Below, one piece after another: positions 1 through 11,456 of a stretch of DNA of 64,000 nucleotides (position 1 is its first letter; each line of letters starts with the position of its first letter). Source of the stretch: Podarcis pityusensis (taxonomy: Eukaryota); the NCBI GenBank assembly GCA_964106645.2, contig OZ067039.1; one strand, 5' to 3'. The notes below the pieces were generated by a model. It searched no databases. It was not told the origin of the DNA and saw only the letters and a list, made by a program, of their open reading frames with translations. The position numbers and the translations under genes are program-made.

Positions 1-504
1 CTGAGTGATCTGCAGTAATCACTAAGGAATTCTGACTCCCTTTGGTCAGAAGCAACCACCTTCCCTTTCAGATGCTGAAATAAAGAAAATTTGGGAAGAA
101 ACTAGGATTGGATTTTGGTGAGAAAGCACTGTGCTACTATTGAAAACAAGTATCTGGGCTCAGATCCCACAAACTTGGAAGTTTGCTCACTTCTGGGTAA
201 GGAGATTCTATTTTAAATTTAGCAAACTTTGCAGCACTATATAAAAACACTGGGCTCTCAAGAATGAGGATTTGCATTTGGTTCTAGGTGTGTTTGCAAA
301 GGGTTCAATGAGCCAATCCTAAAACGTACAGCACCCGTAATGAGTGCTTAGGACAGGATGAACCAATGGCTGTGCTAATGCAGTGTCATAAACACTGACA
401 ATTATATAGCACGAGGATTTAGAAGCAGGATCCCAATTTTTATCTCCCTGATATCTCAGATAGCCCACAGCTATTTTCTGAATTAATCAGGAAACTTTGC
501 TTAC

Positions 505-575
505 CTGGGGTGTGAGGTTACGGAGGACCAGCCAGCTACTTGTTCTTCCTGAGCTGTCAGTACTCCACGCTGAGC
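505..575 (-). CDS. TNRC6C: TNRC6C exon, start of RRM (SAWSTDSSGRTSSWLVLRNLTPQ)
   Basis: gtatag|GC ... CAG|gtaag; 71 nt, phase 1-0; absent from the ORF track. Confidence 0.95.
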
Positions 576-775
576 CTATACCACAAAGAAAGGAAAGATT
601 ATGGAGAGCCCAACCCAACTTACTGAATGAAGGCTATACAACATGCAGGACACAAACATGAGGAATACAACTGCTATAGGGATTCCTAATAAGGAGGTGA
701 CTTATCAAATGCCCACCAACCTTTTTTTTCTTGGTAGTGGCCCTGAGACAGTACTGTAAATACCTATACCACCAT

Positions 776-890
776 CATGCATCAGATAACGTGAACTCTA
801 GTCCATAAAAGCTAATGGAATAATAGCCTTTGAGGTGCCACAATAATCTTTGCTGATTTTTTTGCTGCAGGTTACCCCTCTGGAAACTGC
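776..890 (+). mobile_element. Degenerate Penelope-like terminal fragment
   Basis: ctctagtcca.aaaagct...aggtgccacaa...ttttgctgca...acccctctggaa resembles reptile Penelope-like repeats as I recall them. Confidence 0.4.
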
Positions 891-1901
891 AGAACAGATG
901 TCTCTCTAAAGTCAGTGATGCTATGTTTCAGTAGCTATGAGGTGAGCTTAATGGAATGATAAGCAACCTGTGGCCTTTTCTGTTGTTATCCTTTGACACT
1001 GTTATCTGTCAAGTTTTGTTTTACAAAATGGCCAGATCATGATTTTAAGGATTGTGTTTAAAGACAATAGTTTCAAATGCTCAGAAGGCAATTTCAAAAG
1101 GATATTGCTGCTTCCACACCTCCTGATTTTCAGATATGCCGAGTTAAGGCCCCAGGAGTCCAGCTTATCATATTTGAATAGGTGATGTGACAGGGTAATT
1201 GCATAGAGCAGAATGCCATGTAAGGCACGGGATGAATGAAACAGATTAAGAACGTATCTTCCAGCTGATCCAGACATCTAGCACCCATTATATGTACACT
1301 AAAGCAAGCAAATCAACTCTAGATTTCTAGTTCATTATTTCCTCTGTACTAAGGCAGTGTTAATTGCTGAACCTGCACTGCTTTGACATTTAAATGGCAG
1401 CATTTTAAAAAGGCACATGACTTCCAAAGTCAGGTGGGTTACTGCACTGAAGCTGAAATTTGAATCCTTGTTATTTGGCCACCAGGTGGAGCTCATAAAA
1501 AGCCAATAATGTGTGTTTTTCAAAGGGTTGATGGGAGCATTTCATTTCCACACTTACTGGTAAAACAATAAATATTGTGACACGTGAAGAAATCCATCTG
1601 AAACAGTGTATGGTGTGTGAAACAGAAGTAGCCAAATAAATGGATCATAAAGACAGGACAGGGAGAAACCTTTTTATGGATTTTGCATCTTATGGGAAGC
1701 TATGTATGTCTTAGTTATACATCTTCCCTTCATTCAGAATTAACTTGCAGAGTTTGGCAAATAATTGTCACTGCTTTCCAGAGGATTCTGCCTGGTACTG
1801 CATTAAGGGCCCACACTTATTCAGGAACATTTGGGTGTGATGGGATCAGCTGAAGAATTTTCATTAGCGGTTTTTAAAAAAAGCAAATCTAGTAAAGCCA
1901 T

Positions 1902-2020
1902 CATAAGAAAAGACTGCTGGATCAGGCCAAGGGCCCATCTAGTCTAGCATCCTGTTCTCAGAGTGCCCAAGCAGATGCCTGTGGAAACTGGCAAGCAGGA
2001 CTTGAGTGTAAGATCCCTCT
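1902..2020 (-). mobile_element. CR1 3' UTR fragment
   Basis: cataaga..ctgctggatcaggccaa.ggcccatctagtc.agcatcctgttctca motif. Confidence 0.6.
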
Positions 2021-3067
2021 CCACTCAGCAAGTATCCAGGACTTCTGTCCCCTTTCCACTCAACCTTCTTCCTAGCTGATTGTTCATCCCAATCATGGCT
2101 TGCCTGAATCTTTGAAATCTCGGAATATAGCTGTTTTGTGCTATAGCAAGCTGTGCCACTTGTGCTGATACTCCAACCAATTTTGCACTAGCATCAGTTA
2201 TCATGGAGATCAACATGGTTCCCATTAGGACTGTGCAGAACAACCAGTAGGAAAACAGTGGCAAAATAGGTGCAATCATTCTTCAAAATGTTGATCTCAT
2301 TTCTGCTTTTCCATGAATTCCAGAAGCTTAAGATAGTTATGTCCCATTTGCAGCACAAACAACCTAAATCCCTCTTGCCTTTAACTGCATAGCCCTTGCT
2401 TACATTACAGTCTGAGGTTTCAACAAGACTCTCTTGTAGCCTGTTTTTGCCTTATGGGGTAACATGCCTCGTTTTACAAAATTCTGCTTAGCATATGTAG
2501 TACAGTTGTGCATTCTTTTCTCTACAAAAATATGGGGGAGCGGACAGAGAAAGCTGGATCAATACCACTTTCAGTAACTTGCAGTGATTTGGTAAATAGG
2601 TATGAACTTATATACCAAATGATATAATCATGGACACCAACAGCAAACTCATTCTCTGAGTGTGGATCTTATCATTCATGCGGAAGAGAGAGGTGTTTGC
2701 AGGCTTGGGGGGGGGGGGGAACCTCAGCTGATCTTATTCCCCAGTAAGTCTTCAATGGCTTTTATCCTGAATTACTGAAAGCACAACTGCTAATAGCACA
2801 TAGAAATGCACCTGCCACAGAGGAAATTACTGAGAAAAGTACTTTCTGGGGAGAACTGTCACGTCTGACTGGTTGCACGAATTTTCCATCTCAGGAATAA
2901 TCTAGCAAATGAGCGCATTCCACTCACCCTTTGAGGCCTACAGATTTGCTACATTAAAAAACCTGAACACAGAGAGGGGATAAGAACAAAAAAGTTGTTG
3001 CGTTGCCCCCTCCCCCCCCAAAAAAAACAAGGAAAGGAAAGGAAAAAAAGACAGGAGTCAGGAATAC

Positions 3068-3262
3068 CAGAGGAGTAAGAGCTGGTCCAACCCAGTGGGC
3101 TGGCACCCCAAGTAGACGATGGCTTGGTGTTTGTTAAGCCTGGAGGTGGTCTTGTAGGAGCAGTAGTGTTTCTGGGCACCTTCCACAGTTCATGGGACAG
3201 AGAGGCTTGTGTGTGAGAAATTGGGCCAGAGGACCACGTTGATTTGATGTCTGACAGTTTAC
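3068..3262 (-). CDS. TNRC6C: TNRC6C exon, M2 region (KLSDIKSTWSS...HELWKVP...GWTSSYSS)
   Basis: ttgcag|GT ... TCTG|gtattc; 195 nt, phase 1-1. Confidence 0.95.
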
Positions 3263-5274
3263 CTGCAACAGAGAAATGCAATTCATGTATTTGTTAGACT
3301 GTAGCATAGGGACACTGAGTGATCCCCAGGGTTCTGTTCTCCTCTTTACACCAGCATAATAAGTACTATAGCAAACATTGATCATAACTGGCAGAGCTTC
3401 TCTTGCTAATATATCTGCATAATTAATCCACAGCCTTTAAAGATCCCAGATTTGTTCCTCCTGGTTTGGACAAAAGTCCCATTAGCGAATGCTTCCAGAG
3501 TCCAAACTGTAAGATCTGAAATTAATCTGACTTCTGAATAAATCAAGTTACTTACAGGTTTTAAATGACTAGGCACGTAACATTAGTCTTTTTTCTTCTT
3601 CTTGAACTGGAGGAACTGTCATGTTTGTTTCTGGGTATGCTAGAGGTTATGGTGGATCAAGTCCCCTGCTAGTTCCAAAAGTGATCTGCTGACAAGCCCC
3701 ATTGCCCCATCACCATATTTCATGCCTTCTCCTCTTCCTCCTCCTCCTTCTCTATCCACAGGAGGAAGAGAATTGCTGACATCTTAAGTTATTGCCCAGC
3801 AATTACCCTGGGTGCTCTCCAACTGTTTCTAGACAGCCTGAAAGCAGTAAGAGACCACACCAGGCTGTTTCTTGCTTAACAATATGTTAACTGTTTCCTC
3901 TCCTGTTATCTGTGGGGAAAGGATGATGGGAGTGAAGGATGCAAGAGACAGGGAGATCTTGCTCCTTCTGCATCCTTTAGTCATAGAGTATTACTGAATC
4001 TACACTATCACTGGCATTCTTGTACCTTGGCAGCTGTTACTTTGGCTCTCAGAGGGGAGAGAGTTGACCTCTCAACTGCCATCCCAGAAATGAGAGAAGC
4101 ACCTTTCTCTCCTTCTTTCTGATGAGGGAGTGAAAGAGAGAAGGGAGTTCCTCATCTTGTTATCTCCTATATTAATCTGAAATGTTTCCACAAGGACTCC
4201 TCATGGCACAACATTTATTCCTGCAATCACACATCCCTTTCTGATTCCTTTTAATCATCACTTACAGAAATGAATGGTATGTGTTTAACGAAAGCAAAGA
4301 AATGCACATTATTAAGCATCAATCATATAAATGATGCACTTAGAAGTCAGTAAGAAAAATGCAAGACAACTTCCTAGCCTTAAAATATTTTCACATGTGT
4401 ATAAAGAGAGGAAGCTGGTTCACACATGCAGTACTAAACACATTTACCACGGAGTATGCCCTGTGCTGTGAGAGTGTAACTTAAACACAGCCTTGTCCCA
4501 ATGTGAACCTCAAACTTGTGTGGCCTTCCTTTTAAAAAAAAGAAAAAAGAACCAGGACCTAGTCCTTATGTTGTGTGCAAACTGTACAGCTGTGATGTGT
4601 GTGAATTCACCTGCAGTCAAGTTGGTTCTCCTTCTAGATACAATTTTTTGAACAAGATAAACTCAAAGGATAAAAATGTTAAATGCTGCAAAAATGGTCT
4701 TACAAACCATATGAGTCTGATTTAAAAGTAATATTCAATGTTGAATCTTCATTTTTTTAAAAAGGAAACATTTTCAAAACAGTTTTACCATTATGTCACT
4801 GGTTCTCACATGGTCAGTGCACAATTCACCAGAGACTTATGTTGTTAAGCAGTATATAAATGGTTGAAGTAGATAAATGATAAGTAAGAATAGTAGTAGG
4901 AGAAAAGCTACATGAAGGAGCAGTGCATAAAAATTAAAATTAAGGGTAAGTAAACTTGTTTTATTTCCTTTTAAAGAATTGTTAACAGGTAATCTTTTAA
5001 AAATACACGCTTTACTGCTTAAACTAAAGAGCTGATTTAAGATTGTTTCCACTGAGGCTGTCCTTTTAATGCAGGACTTCTGCCTGTGCAATGGGATTTC
5101 CTCTCCCTCTCTTATCCCCATGCCTGTCATCTGCTCAGGAGGGTTGGGGGAACCCCCAGAACAGATTTGGGGAGAGCGGCACATGGGAAGAAGATATTCC
5201 ACTGCACAGACAAAAGCCCTTGAGCTGAAAGAAGAACTTGGTTGGATACAAGCCTTAATGAGTTCATAAATATA

Positions 5275-5416
5275 AGAAACCAAAAAGCATGGCTACCTGA
5301 GCACAGGTCTGCATGAATGTAAATGACATTGGTGAGCTGTGGAAAAAGTTTCCACAACCCACCAAGATCATTTACATTCATGCAGACCTGTGCTCATGTA
5401 GCCGTTTTTGGTGTCT
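5275..5416 (-). repeat. Long inverted repeat / hairpin
   Basis: 29-bp perfect core (5298-5326 vs 5368-5396) within about 65-bp arms and a very short loop. Confidence 0.9.
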
Positions 5417-7480
5417 ATTCTGTGTTGTTTGCCCCATATGGTTCCCAAAGCACCCCCGTGGAGAGGGGAGATCTGAAATAGAGTATAAGATTCCAGCTGT
5501 ACACCAGTTTCTCAGGACTTCAGGCAGTGTGGGCTTAGTAAAGAAAAACAGCTGAGCTTTCCCTATTACTTACAGATTTCAGCTTAAACTGCCCATTAAG
5601 AAATTCACAGTTACTGGAACTATTATCATTTGGACTATCTAGGCCTGCATCCTGCTTTGGTGGTAGGTTACATATTGTTTACATCAAGGGGGCCAAAGTA
5701 CGGTAAGAAAACCATGTAACTCAAAAGCAGGAAAAATAAATGTTCAAAATATTTTTGAGGTTTTGGGCTACAGTAAAAAAAACATCAGATCCATGGGCTG
5801 TCCAGTTGCTGGCTGAAAAGGAGTTCAGCATTCCTTTCCATTTTCAGCAGTGGGAAACCCAATACCCTCACAGTCTTCAGTCTGGAGACCAAAATAAAAC
5901 AGTATCATGTCAACATATTAACATTTTGATCATGGCTCTCAAAAATTACCTATCTGCTAGATGTTAAGTGTCTTATTTTGGCCAATCAATTAAAATGCAT
6001 AAATTTATAACTGCAACATTGCTGGCGTTTTGATTCTAGTTAGGGTAGGCCTGGCAGTATCTGCAGGTTGAAGCCCCACGTCTCTGGGAGAAAGTTAGGT
6101 GGCAGTGGCAAGGGTAACTTGAGAAAGTTTGCATATACAAACTCCTCAGCACTGCTCAGGAAAAAAGCAAGCAGTAAGCACCTGTTCTCGCAGTAAAAGC
6201 ACTGTGCCAAACCCCTTCTAGTGTGTGATATGCAATGTGGGGGTGCATGGCACAATTCCTTCCAGGGTGATTAAAAGCCACACTGGCTGCTTCCTTTCTG
6301 GTTCATGGGCAATGTGAGATAAGGCACAAGTTACCCTCCACTTTGCTGACCTAGCCCCTGTCTCCAGGTAGGAAGAAAACATGTGCACAGAAACGACCCT
6401 ATTCCTTTTGAAATGAAGAGAAAAGAGAGGAGAGGAGGAGGAGGAGGAGAAGCTGGGCCTTCCCATGAACTCCTACAACATGAAGGGATTGAGCTCATCA
6501 CCTTTTCCTATCTATGGCACTGGGAAGAAAACCAGGCTAAGCATTGCCAAAAAACCCTTTATGGCCTGTTTTGTTCACCCCTTCCCCAGGTCAAAGAGGA
6601 AGTCACAGGACCAAGACAGTAGGGCTTTTTGCTTCAATTTGGCAAAAGTTTAGGCTGGCCCCAAATAAGGCAAGCTATTTATTGTTTGGAAACAAATCTT
6701 ACCTTTACAATACAAGCACAGGTGTTCATTTTGTAATAAGATGCATCATATGAAAAGGGCACGATCAAGAAGGCCACTTGGGAATTTAGAGATGAGCAAT
6801 AAGGACACAATTTGTTGCTGCCCCCCACCCTGACCCCCGTTTTCCCAACTAAGTCCACTTGCACCTATTGGCCCCAGGGTGGCTGAACAAAGCAAGATTG
6901 CTGACAGCATCTTGAAAATTGCTGGATATGTGTTAGAAATAATGCAGTGTAATTTCAGCCACATGTATGTTGACAGTGACCACACTGCCCACTTTCTGCT
7001 TCATCAAGACATTTGCTGAGATGGGTAGGCAAAGTTGGGAAGGGAAGGGAGAACAAGGAGAAGTGAAAGACTTTGGTTGTATCGATCAACTTATTTCCAG
7101 GAAATGAGAAACACAACATCAGACAAGCTATGCTCTTTATTCCACAACTTCTGTTGATGAAACAGTATAAGCTAGTTTGAATGACGGTCAAAAACTTTCC
7201 TGTTTTCATGAACAGAATTTAGTTCAATATGCACCAAGGCGTTGGCACTCTATCTAATTTATGTTTCTCATTTTGAAGTATTTTCAGTGCCAAACATCCC
7301 CATTACATATTCATCACTGCCAAACTCTCAGGACAGTTACTGGACTGAAGGGGCACAGTATGCAAAAGACATGCGGCACACCTATAGGACCATCATTACC
7401 ACATTGAGCAGAAGCCTTTCAAGAACCTCCTCTCTTTGTGGATAAAGAGGGACTCTAAGTAGAAAGACCATTGGTCATAC

Positions 7481-7597
7481 CTGCAATGCTAGGTGCGGAT
7501 GCAATGCTGCTGAAAGAGCTACTGTAGCCGGAGGCACTAAGTGGCCAGGCACTCGATGAAGGCAGCGTGGCATTCTGAGATGATGTTGGGGATGACC
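7481..7597 (-). CDS. TNRC6C: TNRC6C Ser-rich cassette exon (SSPTSSQNATLPSSSAWPLSASGYSSSFSSIASAPSIA)
   Basis: ttctgcag|GG ... GCAG|gtatga; 117 nt, symmetric phase 1-1; resembles an isoform-specific insert I recall in human TNRC6C. Confidence 0.9.
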
Positions 7598-10500
7598 CTG
7601 CAGAACCAGCAAAGAAGCAACTAAGAAAGATGGGCAGAATGGTGTCTACTGTAGCATATGCAATTCTAACACCGTCATGTGCAAACAGAAACCATGCAAG
7701 GTAAGATGCTAACCCAGCCTTGCCTTTGAGGTCTAGGAATGAAATGTTATAGGAAGCATGATCCGATGCAGCAGAACTAAGTACAAAAAAGGGTGGCACA
7801 GTGACAAGGGTAGTTGTGCCCATGCAGAAAGATACATTCTAACTCTCCTTAAACTGTTATTTCCAAGAAGGTGACATTCATTGCCACCGTATCCAGGATA
7901 CATGAATCGTAGATGAAAAATGTTTATGAAAATGCAGCTATATCAGTTGTGGTGACCCATGTGTCAGAAAGTTAAAAGCATCATTCTGTGTAAGGCAGGT
8001 CAGACAGATGTGCTCATCTTGGCCCCACTTGCCTTTTTGAATCCCTGCAACTGTCGCCAGCCAATCCCACCCCCTCCAGCTTTGTGGCATAGGATGTTCC
8101 CACAAGCCTCAGCAAAATAAGTCACATCACAGGCCAAGGCCAGAGCTGCAGGACCAAATGCCTCCACAGATCTGCCCTGGGAGCCGAGTTTCAGGTCTAG
8201 TGCTCTGCAGCCACTGTGCAACTGCCACATTCAGGCTGTTGAAAACCAATAGGGTGGTCAAGTTGCTAGAAGCCACCTGGAATTATAAATTCTGTTGTAA
8301 TGCTTCTTAGACAGAGGCACACAAATTACTTTAGAAGTTATTTATATAGTCAGAAAGGCTAAACATGACTTTCACACATGGCATCTTGTTGGTATGGGTA
8401 ACGTATATATGAAGGAAGAATCTCAAGGGGGAAAGCCCAAATAATCGAATCCAATCTAACATTAGCATTACTATACAAGTGGACAACAACTCTATTCTAA
8501 TAAATTAAGGGACTATCCAAGTTTTCAGATGTGGTGAAGCAAACATCAGTCATTCATCTTAAAGGCTTCAGGATCCCACGTTGAACTCGTCTATGGTAGA
8601 TTGTGTTGTGTGAATATATCCTCTGCTTGAGGTACCTTGCTATATTGTTGTGAAGACTAGATGTATATGTGAATGGTTTTTTAAATAAGAGAATCACTCT
8701 TTAGTGACTGATTTGCTGCATTATGTCTTGCTCTTGCACCCAGCATTTTCAGTAATAACAGAGGGCCGATCCATATGCTGTGCGGCTGCAGCACCCACAT
8801 TCAGAGGACTCAAATAGGGCTCCCTGGTTTTTATTTCTCTGCCTGCTCAAACACTGAAAAATATGCAGGCACTGTGATGGGACATCTGTGCATGCCTCAC
8901 ATATCCAGCCCCTTCTCTCCATGCCTTGCAAGTTACTTGTGGTCATAGCGTAAGTATCTTGTATTGGGCAGAGGACAGACCGGACTGGCATGCATGAGAT
9001 GTACAGAGATGCTCCTTTCTGTCTAACATCCTATCACACCACCTGCATGCATGTCTGTGAGGCTTGGGGGGGGCAGAGGGGAAGCAGATCTCTTCCGAGC
9101 CTAGTTGAGCTTTTTGCCTACATTTGCTACCTCTACAATAAGATAATGTCTAATGTATATAAATTCAGAAAATGGAAAGTTGATGCTATTTTCTGAGTCT
9201 CGAAAAAGGTTGGCCGTTATCTTGTACAAGTATTTCATAACAAGATAACTATACATACTAAAACCAATTGTAACACAAAGTTGTGTGATAACTTCTGCTC
9301 CAGGATCAATGCTCCAGTGAAAAACCAACAGTATAAACCCACAAAGAAACTGCATGATGCTGCATAATGTTTTGTGTATCCCACACTCATGTGGACTGCA
9401 TCATCCCAGACTATGAGGAAGTCAGTTGAGCAGTCAGTGAGTGTTGCATGAAACCAGTGCTTTAGTTCCCATGAGCATATATATACTTGAATGGCTCCCA
9501 TGCTACCAGGAAATCAGCAAATCAACATATATGTTCTCCATATATGGTGGTGATCCTGCCTTAGCACATAAGGGGGGGGGGAGTTGGATCTATGGAAAAT
9601 TATGAAGGAAAATATTACTAAAATTACTTTAAAAGTATTGGAAGCAGAATGCTTACATTGAGTCAATAAATGTAAGAAGATTGTAAGTGGTATACACCTA
9701 AATTTTACTCAGAGTAGACCCATTTAACTTAGACCTAACTTAGTCATGTTCATTTATTTCAGTGGGTCTGCCATGAGTAAACTTAGCTGAACACAACTCT
9801 ATGGCTCAGCTCACATGAATGAACCTCACACACTTGTGCATTCATTCATTCCCTCATGTATTCTGATTTCTTCCCATACTTCCTAGTTCTCAGCAAAGCA
9901 TAGTTTGCCATTTCAGCATGGTTTGCCTTCAAACCAGAACTAGAAACCAAGATCAAATGATGGTTTCTAGTTCTGTGTTTGCTAAGAACCAGGAAGTGTG
10001 GGCAAGGACTGAAACATCTGAGGAAAGAAAATAATAAGTCAGCCTGAGGCTCATTCATTTAATGAAAAAGCATGGTTTGGCATTACAGCTGAAGTAAGTC
10101 AAAGTTGCAGCAATGCAGATACTGTGGTAAAAATATACCAGTGAAAGAAGAGAGATCTTGCACTGAAGACACTGGGTAGGTTCACAGTAACTAAAGCATA
10201 ATTAGCAATATGAGAACAAGCCCAATCTTTCTGTGGGCTTGCATTCTATCCACTTCTCTTCCAACATGGCTGTGAGGAGGAATTACCATGTCCAAACCAG
10301 TGCATCTTAACTATGGTTAGTGACAATAAACCAACTTTGAACCACAATTTATGAAGCTGGCCTATTTTCACTAACCGTAGTTAAGTCTAACCACAGTCTA
10401 GTTTTCAAATGATCTCCTTGTGCTTGCATCACAGGGGGAAGAGGGTGAGCCCAAGCCCAAGGGAAATTGAGGCACATTTTAATAACATTTTACTGTGGTT

Positions 10501-11086
10501 TAACATTATGTCCAAACACAGACAATCTATTTTGGTGTGAAGATTGCAGGTATGATGCCCTCTATCCTCATATACAATGAGAGAAAATGAACTGGAAAAG
10601 GTGTGAATCTTAAGAACGGTGACCTAGATTTGATGCAGGTAAAGTGGAACTGTCAATGATCATGACAAAAAGGCATGACAGAACATTCAATCTGCATTGA
10701 GGGCAAAAAGCTGTAATACAGAAACAGCTGTGGATGAAGATTTGTCCACAACCTCTAGCAGAAGGCACAGTCATTAATGACTGTAAGAAGACATCTTTGG
10801 CAATGCATTCACAGCTGTGCTCATGCCAGCTGCTGAAAGAACAACACTCAATACTGAATGTACAGGGTATTTTTGTATTACTAACAGAGAACCTGAACAT
10901 CCAGGCAGCATGTATAAGATAGATAAAATTATGGTAGTAAGTATGCATACGAAGATGTGTTGATAAATAGGCATCAGGGTGCCTCAGCTAGTTGCAAAGT
11001 CGCAGGAATTATGTCAACCATACTAAAATTAAATTTGCATTAAAAAAATGCAGATAATTTTTCATTGTGCAATATAATAACCAAGA

Positions 11087-11456
11087 TAAAGGTAAAGGTA
11101 AAGGTACCCCTGCCCGTACGGGCCAGTCGTGACCGACTCTGGGGTTGCGCGCCCATCTCGCTTAAGAGGCCGGGGGCCAGCGCTGTCCGGAGACACTTCC
11201 GAGTCACGTGGCCAGCGTGACGAAGCTGCTCTGGCGAGCCTGCACCAGCGCCGCACACGGAAATGCCATTTACCTTCCCGCTATAAAGCGGTACCTATTT
11301 ATCTACTTGCACTTAAGAGTGCTTTCGAACTGCTAGGTGGGCAGGAGCTGGGACCGAACGGCGGGAGCTCACCCCGCTGCGGGGATTCGAACCGCCGACC
11401 ATACGATCGGCAAGTCCTAGGCGCTGAGGTTTTACCCACAACGCCACCCACGTCCC
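11087..11456 (-). mobile_element. Full-length Sauria SINE (Squam1), young copy
   Basis: tRNA-like head with B box GGTTCGAATCC, (ACCTTT)n tail, CpG-rich, perfect 13-bp TSD ATAATAACCAAGA (11074-11086 / 11457-11469). Confidence 0.92.

Noticed and set aside
776-815. Hammerhead ribozyme in a Penelope-like fragment
   Set aside because: The CUGANGA and GAAA core positions read CAGATAA and TAAA, so it is degenerate.
4611-4633. Another possible microexon ending CAG|gtgaat
   Set aside because: The upstream AG lacks a pyrimidine tract; too weak to call.
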